From: Chloroflexota bacterium
GTDB taxonomy: Bacteria > Chloroflexota > Dehalococcoidia > SZUA-161 > SpSt-899
DNA length: 62,889 bases
Direction of reading: 5' to 3'
NCBI GenBank assembly: GCA_013203045.1
Contig: JABMQN010000059.1
Span: 1-62,889 of the forward strand
Shown here in pieces: positions 1 to 9,756 of this stretch. Each line of letters starts with the position of its first letter. Position 1 is the first letter of the stretch. A model generated the notes under the pieces. It was not told the origin of the DNA, did no database searches, and saw only the letters and a program-made list of their open reading frames with translations. Both the position numbers and the translations under genes were made by a program.

Positions 1-56
1 CGAACCAACGACCAATCGGTTATGAGCCGACCGCTCTGCCGCTGAGCTACAGGCCC
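1..56 (-). tRNA. tRNA with CAT anticodon (elongator Met or Ile2). Only the 5' two-thirds is present; the 3' end lies beyond the window start.
   Basis: The reverse complement reads GGGCCTG-TA-GCTC-AGCGGC-AGAGC-G-GTCGG-CTCATAA-CCGAT-TGGTC-GTTGGTTCG. This gives an acceptor arm, D arm, anticodon stem-loop with CAT, variable loop and the start of the T arm. Confidence 0.7.
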
Positions 57-149
57 CTGATGACATATTGAAGTAAACAGAGGTTTCCCGGATTGCCATT
101 TTTACCTTCCTCCGGGACATGAAAAGTATAGTTCAATGACTAGCTGAAG

Positions 150-1307
150 TCAATCCGTCCTTTCCAGTATGATGGATGCACCCTGACCCATCCCTACGCC
201 AACCGTAACCAGGCCAAGATTAGCCTTTCTTCGTCCCATCTCATAAATCAAGGTCGTTACCAGTTTCACACCGGTAGCACCCATGGGATGCCCCAGCGCA
301 ACTGCTCCACCGTTGGGATTGACCTTCCCTTCATTAATTCCAAGTTCTTTCATACAAGCAAGCGCTACAACTGAAAACGCTTCATTTATTTCGAAAATGT
401 CGATATCATCTACGGTCAAGTCCGCCCGATCAAGTGCCTTCCTGGCTGCAGCAACCGTACCGATTCCCGTTATCTTCGGGTCGACTCCCGCAACCGCCAT
501 CGATCGTATCCGAAGTTTAGGTTTCAAACCTAATGATCTCGCTTTTTCCTCCGATGCGAGGAGTACCGCAGCGGCTCCATCGCTGGCAAACGAAACTGTT
601 GCTGACGTTATAGCGCCATCCTCTTTGGCGATCGGGTCGAAGGTGGCCATCATCTCCAGCGAGGTATATGGACGAGGATTCTGATCCCGATCAATAATTG
701 TTGTGGTACCATCTTCCTCCAAAACCTTTACCGGGACAATCTCCTCTGTGAATCGACCTTCCTCTTGAGCTGCCACAGCCTTTTGATGGCTCTTTAAAGC
801 AAATTCCTCTTGTTCCTTCCTGGAAATGCCATACAGATCAGCCAGGTTTTCCGCTGCTAGCCCCATCGAAGCAGCAGATTGATCGACGAAATCGAAACGC
901 CGGGGATTCAGATCAGCCCCGAAGCCTTCCGGAAGATGCGTCATGCTTTCGATTCCTCCGGCAATACACACGTCTCCACTCTCAGACATGATCGTCTGTG
1001 CTGCAATTTGAATAGCACTTGACCCGGAAGCACACTGTCGATTGACTGTCTGGGCGGCCACTCCGAAGGGAAGTCCCGCCATGAGAGTAATGTATCTGGC
1101 TACGTTCATCGCCTGCTCACCAGCCTGTGTAGCACATCCAATGATTACGTCTTCAATCTCAGCGGGATCGATCCTAACACGATTGAGCAACTCTTTAACA
1201 ACTAGCACACCAAGTTCATCAGATCGGATGTTTTTAAACCATCCTTTATCTGGATGTGCCCGGCATACCGGTGTCCTTACTGCATCAATGATTACAACAC
1301 TTTTCAT
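150..1307 (-). CDS. acetyl-CoA C-acetyltransferase (thiolase II)
   Basis: 385 aa with thiolase signatures: NRQCASGSSAI (active-site Cys), GHPMGATG near the C-terminus, and NPNGGAVALGHP. Confidence 0.9.
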   Translation of the reverse strand: MKSVVIIDAVRTPVCRAHPDKGWFKNIRSDELGVLVVKELLNRVRIDPAEIEDVIIGCATQAGEQAMNVARYITLMAGLPFGVAAQTVNRQCASGSSAIQIAAQTIMSESGDVCIAGGIESMTHLPEGFGADLNPRRFDFVDQSAASMGLAAENLADLYGISRKEQEEFALKSHQKAVAAQEEGRFTEEIVPVKVLEEDGTTTIIDRDQNPRPYTSLEMMATFDPIAKEDGAITSATVSFASDGAAAVLLASEEKARSLGLKPKLRIRSMAVAGVDPKITGIGTVAAARKALDRADLTVDDIDIFEINEAFSVVALACMKELGINEGKVNPNGGAVALGHPMGATGVKLVTTLIYEMGRRKANLGLVTVGVGMGQGASIILERTD

Positions 1308-1321
1308 GGCTATGAAAATAG

Positions 1322-1349
1322 CTGTCAGTTGTCAGCTATCGGCTGTCAG
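1322..1349. repeat. four tandem imperfect heptamers (CTGTCAG TTGTCAG CTATCGG CTGTCAG) just upstream of the thiolase start
   Basis: Read directly from the sequence. It is the same heptamer family as 10873..10900. Confidence 0.8.
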
Positions 1350-1462
1350 TTCTTCCATCCCCTCTTGAGAGGGGACCGAGGGGGGTGTCCTCCGTATGAG
1401 AGTTTATTTTCATCCTCCATGGTGCCGATTTCAAATCGACGTAGCAAATTTTACGTATCCAC

Positions 1463-1921
1463 CTATGATTGGAGCCGGGCCAGTATTTCAGACTCTATTG
1501 ATCGCATTTGCTCGTCATCTTCGGAAGATTCATGATCATATCCCAACAAGTGAAGCACGCCATGGACAACCAGAACAACCACTTCATTCTGAAGAGAATG
1601 TCCCATTTCCTCGGCCTGCTTTGCTGCCTGCGGGCACGAGATAATCACTTCACCAAGATGCGTTATTCCGTCCGAGATTGAGGGGAATTCTGTATCTTCC
1701 TGAAAAGCGAAGGCCAGCACATCCGTGGTTTTATCAATCCCCCGATATGTCCGGTTTAGCTCGTGCAGTGTGGTATCATCAGTGATCAGTAAACTCAACT
1801 CTACCGGATCGCTGCTCCCTTCGGAAATGACCACTTCCCGCACCGCTTGACGCACCCAGGATTCCTGCACAGGTTCCTGAAACGGTTCATCAATTCGAAT
1901 ATCTATTTGCCAATTCAACAT
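1463..1921 (-). CDS. ybeY: rRNA maturation endoribonuclease YbeY
   Basis: 152 aa with the HGVLHLLGYDH zinc-binding motif typical of YbeY. Confidence 0.9.
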   Translation of the reverse strand: MLNWQIDIRIDEPFQEPVQESWVRQAVREVVISEGSSDPVELSLLITDDTTLHELNRTYRGIDKTTDVLAFAFQEDTEFPSISDGITHLGEVIISCPQAAKQAEEMGHSLQNEVVVLVVHGVLHLLGYDHESSEDDEQMRSIESEILARLQS

Positions 1922-1968
1922 CCTGCTCCAACATTGCCATCATATCAATGGCTGATGGTACGGTCAAC

Positions 1969-1995
1969 AAAAAAAGCGAGGTCCTTCAACCTCGC
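1969..1995 (-). terminator. Rho-independent terminator after nuoN
   Basis: The minus strand has GCGAGG-ttgaagga-CCTCGC followed by TTTTTTT, about 35 nt after the nuoN stop. Confidence 0.6.
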
Positions 1996-2029
1996 CTCTT
2001 CTTAAAACACATATTGCTGCGAATTTTTC

Positions 2030-3457
2030 TTAAGGCAAAAGTACCGCTGCGATATCGGCCCACTTGGTCAGTGCATAAGGGTAGATACCGAGCAACAGCA
2101 CACCAAAAATCGATATCACCAATGCAGCCCTAATTCCACTATCGGAAGGTATTCCTACCAACGACTTCGCTTCACCAATAAACATAACCTTCATCACTTT
2201 GAAATAGTAGAACGCTGCTATTACTGAGTTGACCACACCAAAGACAACTAACCATAGCATTCCTTCATCCATAGCTGCCTTAAACACCACCAGTTTACCC
2301 ATGAATCCGGCTGTCGGCGGGATACCTGTTAAAGAGATTAAACAGACTCCAAGGACAAGAGCTAACACAGGGGCTCTCTTGAACATACCTGAGTAGTCGC
2401 TGATTTCATCGCTGCCGATTTTGTTACTTATCGCTATTACGGCTATAAATGCCCCCAGGTTTGCCAGAGAGTAAACAGCCAGGTAGAACATAATTCCGCT
2501 TTGCCCTGCTGCATTTGCAGCAGCCAGACCAACCAGAATATAGCCAACCTGTGCAACACCGGAATAGGCCAGAAGCCTTTTGATATTCGATTGTTGTATG
2601 GCCAGCAGATTACCTATCGACATCGTCACCACAGCCAGGACTCCCCACAGCACGCTCCAATCATCATAAAGCCATCCTGGCTCACCAAAGGCTTCAAAGA
2701 AGATGCGAAGGATTACGGCAAATCCGGCAGCTTTACTGGCAACGGAAAGATATGCGGTGACCGGTGTTGGGGCACCCTCGTATACATCCGGCATCCACAT
2801 GTGGAACGGAACTGCTCCGATCTTGAATGCAAATCCTGAAGCGATAAGTACCACGCCCAGCAGTAATCCAGGCTCACGCGCGCCTCCATCAGCCAACGCT
2901 GCTCCGATTCCGTCCAGATGGGTTGTTCCGGTAAACCCAAAGACCAGCACCATTCCGTAAAGCAATATGGCTGAAGCTATTCCACCCAGCAGAATATACT
3001 TCAAGCCTGATTCTGTCGATTTGCGGTCTTTGAGAAAAGCGGTCAACGCGTAGAGAGACATGCTGGAAAGTTCCAGCGAAACGTAGATTGTAATCATCTC
3101 CCGGGCTGCTGCCATGAGCATCAAACCCAGAGCCGAAAGTAAAATCAACGCATAGAACTCACCGCGAAGATGTTCGAATTTATCATTCACATATCGCCAT
3201 GATGACATGATCACCATCGCTGTGATACCGAGAATGAGGACCTTAAAGAATATGGCGAACTTATCAACGGCCAGCATGTCGTTCATAGCCAGGCCACCTT
3301 CGTTCCATAGATCGATAGCCAAAACCAGCGGAACGATCAAGCCAACCGCACTGACGATCGGCAGGTAATGTTTCTTCTCAACCACCAGGTCGAGAAGAAT
3401 TACCACTAATGCCAGTACGGCCATGGTAAGTTCCGGCGAAATTAAATGCCACTCCAA
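2030..3457 (-). CDS. nuoN: NADH-quinone oxidoreductase subunit N
   Basis: 475-aa polytopic antiporter-like protein and last gene of the nuo array. It carries the typical LAYSGVAQVGY motif. Confidence 0.9.
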   Translation of the reverse strand: MEWHLISPELTMAVLALVVILLDLVVEKKHYLPIVSAVGLIVPLVLAIDLWNEGGLAMNDMLAVDKFAIFFKVLILGITAMVIMSSWRYVNDKFEHLRGEFYALILLSALGLMLMAAAREMITIYVSLELSSMSLYALTAFLKDRKSTESGLKYILLGGIASAILLYGMVLVFGFTGTTHLDGIGAALADGGAREPGLLLGVVLIASGFAFKIGAVPFHMWMPDVYEGAPTPVTAYLSVASKAAGFAVILRIFFEAFGEPGWLYDDWSVLWGVLAVVTMSIGNLLAIQQSNIKRLLAYSGVAQVGYILVGLAAANAAGQSGIMFYLAVYSLANLGAFIAVIAISNKIGSDEISDYSGMFKRAPVLALVLGVCLISLTGIPPTAGFMGKLVVFKAAMDEGMLWLVVFGVVNSVIAAFYYFKVMKVMFIGEAKSLVGIPSDSGIRAALVISIFGVLLLGIYPYALTKWADIAAVLLP

Positions 3458-3483
3458 AATTCTCTCCTAAGAACCTTTCACAA

Positions 3484-4962
3484 TTATTGTCCTAACCAGG
3501 GCGCCATAAATTCTAGACTATTATCAATCAAATCGGTGAAATAGTGTGGCCTTATTCCTATCCACATTATCGATGCCACCAAGGAGAATATAACGAATCT
3601 CTCCATTACAGTCGCATCCGGTAGATGATCAAACTGGCTCTTCGGCTCATGGTAGAAGACTCGTTGAATCATCCATAAAATGTAACCGGCTGTTAGCACA
3701 ATCCCAACAATACCGAGTATAGTGTACACATGCATCCACGGAGTCACATCGCTATTGTAACTTCCGGTAAATATCAGGAATTCAGCCGCGAATCCACTGG
3801 TCAATGGCAACCCGAGCGACGCCATACCGGCAATTGAAAATACCACACAGGCAATCGGCATCTGGCGCGCCAGCCCTCCCAAATAGGGAATTCTTCTCTC
3901 ATGAGTCTTATCATAAACCACACCCACCATGGCAAACAGAAGACCAGTCACTACGCCGTGGCTGAGCAACTGCAGAGCTGCACCGGTCACACTGACCTGT
4001 TGAAGGGCGAATATGCCAAGCAAAACATAGCCCATGTGGCTCACGGAACTATATGCAATGAGTCTCTTTAGGTCAGTCTGCCGCAACGTAGCAGCCGCAC
4101 CATAGATAACCCCTATGATACCCAACAATATGAGTAGCCATGCATACTCTTTAGCTGGATCAGAGAACATACCCACCAAGCGGATCATCCCGTATCCACC
4201 CATCTTGATGAGCACACCAGCCAGCATCACGCTACCGGCTGTTGGAGCATCGGTATGAGCATCCGGCAACCAGGTGTGGAAGGGGAACATAGGCAACTTG
4301 ACACAGAAACAGAAGAATATAAGGAAAAATATCAATGTTGAATAATCCTTAACTTCGCTACCAATTTGTGTCATATCCCAAGTTCCACCCTGGAAGTAGG
4401 CAACCAGGATACCAGCCAGCAACCCCGCACTACCAAGCAATGTGTACAGCAAGTACTTGACCGCAGAATACTCCCTTCTACCTAATGGAGGTTTGGTGCC
4501 CCATACCGAAATGAGGAAGTACATCGGGATCAGCTCGATTTCCCAGAAGATAAAGAACAGCAGGAAGTCCTGAGCTACGAACACGCCCATAATACTGAAC
4601 TCCAGAATCAGTAACCAGGCGAAATGCTCACGAACCCTATCTTTAATGTTCCACGAAACGAAGACACACAGGAAACCAAGGAATGCGGTCAACAACAGCA
4701 GTGGCGCGCTCAGGCCGTCAACACCAAGGAAATACTCAGCATTAATGGAATCGATCCATGTATACCGTTCGATGAACTGCAATCCGCCATCAGATTTCTC
4801 AAAATCGATGAACATGAGGATCGCCAGCAAGAACGTTACCCCGGTAACCAGCGCGGCAAACTGCTTCAACCCCTTATCGGTGATACGAAACACTGCTATC
4901 AGGATTGCTCCGATAACCGGCAAAAACAATATTAGCGAGAGGATATTGATATCATCGAACAA
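3484..4962 (-). CDS. nuoM: NADH-quinone oxidoreductase subunit M
   Basis: 492-aa antiporter-like subunit with the motifs HTWLPDAH and LIAYSSVSHMG. Operon position supports the call. Confidence 0.9.
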   Translation of the reverse strand: MFDDINILSLILFLPVIGAILIAVFRITDKGLKQFAALVTGVTFLLAILMFIDFEKSDGGLQFIERYTWIDSINAEYFLGVDGLSAPLLLLTAFLGFLCVFVSWNIKDRVREHFAWLLILEFSIMGVFVAQDFLLFFIFWEIELIPMYFLISVWGTKPPLGRREYSAVKYLLYTLLGSAGLLAGILVAYFQGGTWDMTQIGSEVKDYSTLIFFLIFFCFCVKLPMFPFHTWLPDAHTDAPTAGSVMLAGVLIKMGGYGMIRLVGMFSDPAKEYAWLLILLGIIGVIYGAAATLRQTDLKRLIAYSSVSHMGYVLLGIFALQQVSVTGAALQLLSHGVVTGLLFAMVGVVYDKTHERRIPYLGGLARQMPIACVVFSIAGMASLGLPLTSGFAAEFLIFTGSYNSDVTPWMHVYTILGIVGIVLTAGYILWMIQRVFYHEPKSQFDHLPDATVMERFVIFSLVASIMWIGIRPHYFTDLIDNSLEFMAPWLGQ

Positions 4963-4983
4963 CCGAAAATCCTCCTGTTATCC

Positions 4984-7056
4984 TCATCCGTAGAATCCTA
5001 TGAGTACAGCCGCCAGCATCACAACCACTCCAAACCCCATGGCGATTCCGTATTCCTGTAATTGGCCTGTCTGCACTTTTCGGAACAAACCACCCACTTC
5101 GCTAGCAAGTCCTGCTGTTCCATTGACAATCCCATCCACAACATAAGTATCAAACGCAGCGCATAGCCAGAAGATACCTTTCATCAGTACGCCCCGAATG
5201 ATTACATCTTCATAGAGTTCATCCATGTAGTACTTGCGATACCACAGGGTTCGTATGGGTTTGAAGGCTCTACCGATTGCCTCGTTGGATACCCACTGAG
5301 CACCATAAATGGCATAGGCAACAAAGACGCCGAACAAGGCAACAATGAGCCCAATTAGCGGTAGACTGTGTTTGGCTTCATCAAGACTGAATTCTGTGAA
5401 GACCGAGAAAAATGCATGCGAGTGTCCACCCAGGAACGCATTGGCATCTATTGGGCCTAAGAATGCCCAGCCACTTCCAATAGCAAGCACACACAGGACC
5501 ACCATCGGGGCTACCATCACGAACGGTGATTCGTGCGGGTGGACTTCCTGATGACCGTGATCGTCGTGCTCATCTCCGTGATGGAGACCGGAAGGATCGC
5601 CACCTCTCCATTCCCCGAAGAAGGTCATGAAGATTGCCCGGAACATATAGAACGCCGTCATGAAGACAGTGATCATCGCCAGCCAGAAGAACCATGGCGT
5701 ATGGGCCCACGATTCAAGCAAAATTCCGTCCTTGCTCCAGAATCCAGCCAGTGGCCATATCCCTGAGAGAGACAATGAACCAATGATAAATATCCAGAAG
5801 GTCCAAGGCATATATTTGCGCACTCCACCCATCAGGCGGATATCAAATGTTCCCGTGGAATGTTGTAAACTTCCGGACGCAAGGAACAACATGGATTTGA
5901 AGAATGCATGAGTGAACAGATGGAACATGCCGATGGCAAACGCGAGCTCCATCAGATGCTCTGCTTCATGATGATCAGATGTATGAGCAGCACCATATGC
6001 TACAGCCCCCAAGCCTAACATCATATACCCTAACTGGCTCAGGGTCGAATACGCCAACACACGTTTGATATCGTACATTACCATTCCCATGCTTGCTGAG
6101 AAAATAGCCGTGAATCCTCCGAGCCCAGCCACAACCAGCGCAGCGGTTTCACCATATTCATGCATGGCGAACATAGGGAACAACCTCGCTACCAAATACA
6201 CTCCGGCACAGACCATGGTAGATGAATGGATCAAGGCACTGACGGGTGTGGGACCCTCCATCGCATCTGGTAACCATACATGCAGTGGGAATTGACCGGA
6301 CTTACCGGCAGCACCAGCAAATATGCCAAGAAGTATCCATGTAAAACCAGTTGTTGAAATCAATCCCATAGTGATAGCTTGATGAGCAATATCTGGGAGA
6401 TTCGCAATATCAAAGACATTGATACCTTCTTTTTGTACTAACTCGGTACCATTCATCCCAAAGTAAATGCCAACCAGGGCCATCACAAAGCCTAAATCTG
6501 CAAACCTGGTAACTACAAATGCTTTCTTGGCAGCCGCAGCAGCAGAGGGCTTATGGTACCAGAATCCAATCAGGAGGTATGAAGAAAGTCCCACCAGTTC
6601 CCAGCATACAAAAGTAAAGATCAAGTTGCCGGAAAGCGCAACGCCCAGCATGGCGGCGGTGAACAGCGGCATCCAGGTGTAATATCGCATGTACCCGGTG
6701 TCACCTTTCATGTAACCCTGACCATATATCTGAATCATCAAGCTACAAACACCAACTACCAGAGCCATAGTTGCGGAGAGTTTATCCAGCAGTATACTGA
6801 TCTCGATATTCAGATTGTCACCAACACCAAGCCAATGGGTACTGATCACATGAGAGAATTCTTTGGCCCCCTCATCCGCTACTGAATACACCGCCCAGAG
6901 CGCCAGCCCTAATGAACCAGCAATACTGAGAATGGTTATATAGCCGGAGTATTTGGCGTTCTTTTCTTTGGCCAATGGCCTCATGATAAGACCATTGATC
7001 AAGAAGGCCAAAACTGGCAAAAAGATTATGAGCCAGACGGCATAGTCGGGTATCAT
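4984..7056 (-). CDS. nuoL: NADH-quinone oxidoreductase subunit L
   Basis: 690 aa with the motifs HVWLPDAMEGPTPVSALIH and VLAYSTLSQLGYM. It has a long C-terminal lateral-helix region and a His-rich insert (HHGDEHDDHGHQEVHPHE). Confidence 0.9.
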   Translation of the reverse strand: MIPDYAVWLIIFLPVLAFLINGLIMRPLAKEKNAKYSGYITILSIAGSLGLALWAVYSVADEGAKEFSHVISTHWLGVGDNLNIEISILLDKLSATMALVVGVCSLMIQIYGQGYMKGDTGYMRYYTWMPLFTAAMLGVALSGNLIFTFVCWELVGLSSYLLIGFWYHKPSAAAAAKKAFVVTRFADLGFVMALVGIYFGMNGTELVQKEGINVFDIANLPDIAHQAITMGLISTTGFTWILLGIFAGAAGKSGQFPLHVWLPDAMEGPTPVSALIHSSTMVCAGVYLVARLFPMFAMHEYGETAALVVAGLGGFTAIFSASMGMVMYDIKRVLAYSTLSQLGYMMLGLGAVAYGAAHTSDHHEAEHLMELAFAIGMFHLFTHAFFKSMLFLASGSLQHSTGTFDIRLMGGVRKYMPWTFWIFIIGSLSLSGIWPLAGFWSKDGILLESWAHTPWFFWLAMITVFMTAFYMFRAIFMTFFGEWRGGDPSGLHHGDEHDDHGHQEVHPHESPFVMVAPMVVLCVLAIGSGWAFLGPIDANAFLGGHSHAFFSVFTEFSLDEAKHSLPLIGLIVALFGVFVAYAIYGAQWVSNEAIGRAFKPIRTLWYRKYYMDELYEDVIIRGVLMKGIFWLCAAFDTYVVDGIVNGTAGLASEVGGLFRKVQTGQLQEYGIAMGFGVVVMLAAVLIGFYG

Positions 7057-7251
7057 CTATATTTTCCTCAGAACCTCGTCGATAATGTGGGCCTTGTCGC
7101 TCGGAACATAGACTTTATATTCCACAGCTTCACGCATTTCAAGCGAACCATCCGCCGGAAACATTTTGGAAGGAATACCCTCACCTTCGAAAAGGTCCTT
7201 CCACATTTCCGCCATCATTCGATTCGGAGCGCTTTTAACTTCAACCCACAT
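7057..7251 (-). CDS. small soluble protein, DUF2007-like, embedded between nuoK and nuoL
   Basis: 64 aa. It starts 6 nt after the nuoK stop, and its stop codon abuts the nuoL start codon. The pattern (hydrophobic-E-A...L..EGIP ... YKVYVP..D...A) resembles DUF2007. Confidence 0.55.
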   Translation of the reverse strand: MWVEVKSAPNRMMAEMWKDLFEGEGIPSKMFPADGSLEMREAVEYKVYVPSDKAHIIDEVLRKI

Positions 7252-7257
7252 AATGGT

Positions 7258-7575
7258 TTAACCCTTCATGGAGTCGACTTTCTCGACGTCCACAGTCTCC
7301 CTGTTTCTATAAAGTGTTATTACAATTGCCAGGCCAACCGCTGCTTCAGCAGCCGCGACAACAATTACGAACAATGCAAATACATGCCCGGTCAGTACAA
7401 CCGTATCCTCGACTAAAAACCGTGAGAAAGCGACAACTGCAATATTCGCGGCATTTAGCATGATCTCAATACACATCAGGATACCCACGGCATTGTGCTT
7501 GGAAAGAGCACCAAATAGCCCGATGGAAAACAGAATGCCAGACAGTACCAGATAATGAGTGATATCTACTTCCAT
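7258..7575 (-). CDS. nuoK: NADH-quinone oxidoreductase subunit K
   Basis: 105 aa with three TM helices; operon position supports the call. Confidence 0.9.
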   Translation of the reverse strand: MEVDITHYLVLSGILFSIGLFGALSKHNAVGILMCIEIMLNAANIAVVAFSRFLVEDTVVLTGHVFALFVIVVAAAEAAVGLAIVITLYRNRETVDVEKVDSMKG

Positions 7576-8109
7576 CTACTTGTCCCTCACTAGCGCTATC
7601 GCACCAATGACTGCAGCCAAAATCATGGCCGCTGCGATTTCAAATGGCAGGAGAAAACCGAAATCCTTATCGAATATGGATTCAGCGATTGCAGAAGTGG
7701 TAGCTTCGTCTTTCCCAACTTGATTTACAGCCTCGACTTGTGTAGCTTCAATCGTGGGCCAAGAAGTATCGATGAACACGAAAACCAACAGTCCCATGAG
7801 TGCCGCGCAAATCACGAGCGCCCATGCCCAACCCCTGTTGAACGGGTTACCGTGTCTGAGGTCCCTGGTAAGCATAACAGCGAAAATGATAAGTACTGAT
7901 ATGGCTCCCATATAGACTAGCACTTGGGCAACTGCCATAAAATCGGCGCTCAAGCTTCCATAGATACCTGCTACTGTGAAGAAGCAGAATACCAGCAGCA
8001 ACGCAGCACGGAAGAGGTTTTTAACAGCTACAACACCGATAGCTGCTGTCACTCCCAACACTGCAAAAATCCAGAATGCTACGCTTTCGCCGGTTCCTAA
8101 TTGTTCCAT
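7576..8109 (-). CDS. nuoJ: NADH-quinone oxidoreductase subunit J
   Basis: 177-aa membrane protein; operon position supports the call. Confidence 0.85.
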   Translation of the reverse strand: MEQLGTGESVAFWIFAVLGVTAAIGVVAVKNLFRAALLLVFCFFTVAGIYGSLSADFMAVAQVLVYMGAISVLIIFAVMLTRDLRHGNPFNRGWAWALVICAALMGLLVFVFIDTSWPTIEATQVEAVNQVGKDEATTSAIAESIFDKDFGFLLPFEIAAAMILAAVIGAIALVRDK

Positions 8110-8117
8110 CTTTTATC

Positions 8118-8582
8118 TCAGATAATCTTCTTATGTTTCCGATAAATCAGCAAGGTCTGCTCAGGCAGATCATCATACAAGTCCGGTCTAAAGTATGCAC
8201 TTCTTTCCTTATCGTCGCCGGACATTTCATCCTTGTCAGCGATCAACTCGCCACGGCTATATTGTGACCGTTCATATCTCCGGCCGAAGAACAGCGCTTC
8301 ATATGGGCACGCCTCAACACACAACCCGCAGAAGATGCATCGTCCTTCATCATTTTCAAATTTTTCGACTATGTAGTTATTATTCGGACCCACCGAAGTT
8401 GTAACCTTGAGATTACCCTGAGGGCAAGCCTTCACACACGTTGCGCAACCGGTACATAGACCCGGGTCCCATACCAACTCCTGCGCTCGCGTCCGACGAG
8501 AGACAGTCAGCCTCTCTTCCGGATACTGTTCCGTGATCCGTTTCCGAGTAGCATGTTTGAAGACCACAAAGAGGCCCTGCAT
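8118..8582 (-). CDS. nuoI: NADH-quinone oxidoreductase subunit I (2x[4Fe-4S])
   Basis: Two CxxCxxCxxxCP motifs (CTGCATCVKACP, CIFCGLCVEACP). The track ORF extends to 8669 and overlaps nuoH by 68 nt. The internal ATG at 8582 (MQGLFVVFKH...) is the more likely start. Confidence 0.85.
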   Translation of the reverse strand: MQGLFVVFKHATRKRITEQYPEERLTVSRRTRAQELVWDPGLCTGCATCVKACPQGNLKVTTSVGPNNNYIVEKFENDEGRCIFCGLCVEACPYEALFFGRRYERSQYSRGELIADKDEMSGDDKERSAYFRPDLYDDLPEQTLLIYRKHKKII

Positions 8583-8601
8583 CAGGCCGATTCCGACAGG
8601 C

Positions 8602-9756
8602 TTAAGACTCAACTTGCGGCCCTCCCCTGAGTTTGAAGAAAGTGGCCCAGCCAGTGAGTAGCGCACCACAAATAACGATATTTATCGGCACTAGCCACCA
8701 GGTAACGGCATCCCCTTCAAACCATATCACTTCCAACGCCACGATCAGCAAGTTCACTATCGAAAGCGGCAACATATATTTCCATGCAAAACTCATAAGC
8801 TGATCAATACGAACACGAGGCCAAGTCGCTCGAATCCAAACGATCATGCCAAATACGGCAAACAGTTTGATCATGAACCAAAGGAATGGCGGTAAGAACG
8901 GACCTTTCCATCCAGCGAGGAATAACGTAGTAATTAGAGCGGATTGGATGATGGCACCACCGTATTCACCAAGATAGAACATGGCGAACTTCATCCCCGA
9001 ATACTCGATATGATATCCGGCGATGATTTCAGATTCCGCTTCCAATAAGTCAAAAGGTGTTCTCTGCAATTCCGCTAAAGCTCCGATAAAATATAAAATG
9101 AACGCCATCGGGAGTAATAATGCAAACGGTATAGTTTGAGCTTGCACGATCCCTTGAAGTGAAAGCGTTCCGGTAACCAGCACCACGGCAACCACGGCGA
9201 AAGCCATCGGCATCTCATAGCTCACCATCATGGCTACACTTCTCATGGCGCCAAGTATGGAGTATTTATTGTTCGATCCCCAACCGGCCATAAAAACAGC
9301 GATAGTCTCAATAGATCCCACGGCAATGACAAACAGAATACCGACGTTGAGATCGGGTATGAGACCAACTCCCTCATGGACGGGGATAACAGCAAACATT
9401 AGAAGTACGGGAACAAAAATGGCAATAGGTGCAATGAAGTGGACAACCTTGTCCGCCAGATTGGGGACAATATCTTCTTTCAACATCACCTTGACAGCAT
9501 CGGCAACAGGCTGAAGCAGACCAAACGGACCGCATCGGTTTGGTCCTATGCGCAGCTGCATGGGTGAGATGAATCTGCGTTCGAACCAGATAAAGCCCAT
9601 CACCACAAGTAAGACAAACCCGATAATCCCAACAGAGAACAATCCCCAGTGGGCCCAGAAATTATCGACAGCCCAACCGGAATCTAATGGATCGTCAAAC
9701 GGCTGCCATACTGATGCTGGCATCCTGGTAATTATCTCTTGTGGTGTGGTAATCAC
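8602..9756 (-). CDS. nuoH: NADH-quinone oxidoreductase subunit H
   Basis: 384-aa polytopic protein with conserved motifs RIGPNR.GP.GLLQP.AD and PFDL.EAESE. Confidence 0.9.
   Translation of the reverse strand: MITTPQEIITRMPASVWQPFDDPLDSGWAVDNFWAHWGLFSVGIIGFVLLVVMGFIWFERRFISPMQLRIGPNRCGPFGLLQPVADAVKVMLKEDIVPNLADKVVHFIAPIAIFVPVLLMFAVIPVHEGVGLIPDLNVGILFVIAVGSIETIAVFMAGWGSNNKYSILGAMRSVAMMVSYEMPMAFAVVAVVLVTGTLSLQGIVQAQTIPFALLLPMAFILYFIGALAELQRTPFDLLEAESEIIAGYHIEYSGMKFAMFYLGEYGGAIIQSALITTLFLAGWKGPFLPPFLWFMIKLFAVFGMIVWIRATWPRVRIDQLMSFAWKYMLPLSIVNLLIVALEVIWFEGDAVTWWLVPINIVICGALLTGWATFFKLRGGPQVES

Noticed and set aside
8583-8669. The track gives nuoI an N-terminal extension that overlaps nuoH by 68 nt.
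   Set aside because: The extension (MVRYSLAGPLSSNSGEGRKLSLKPVGIGL) has no counterpart in NuoI proteins as I know them. The internal ATG at 8582 gives a canonical NuoI N-terminus and a 19-nt intergenic gap.
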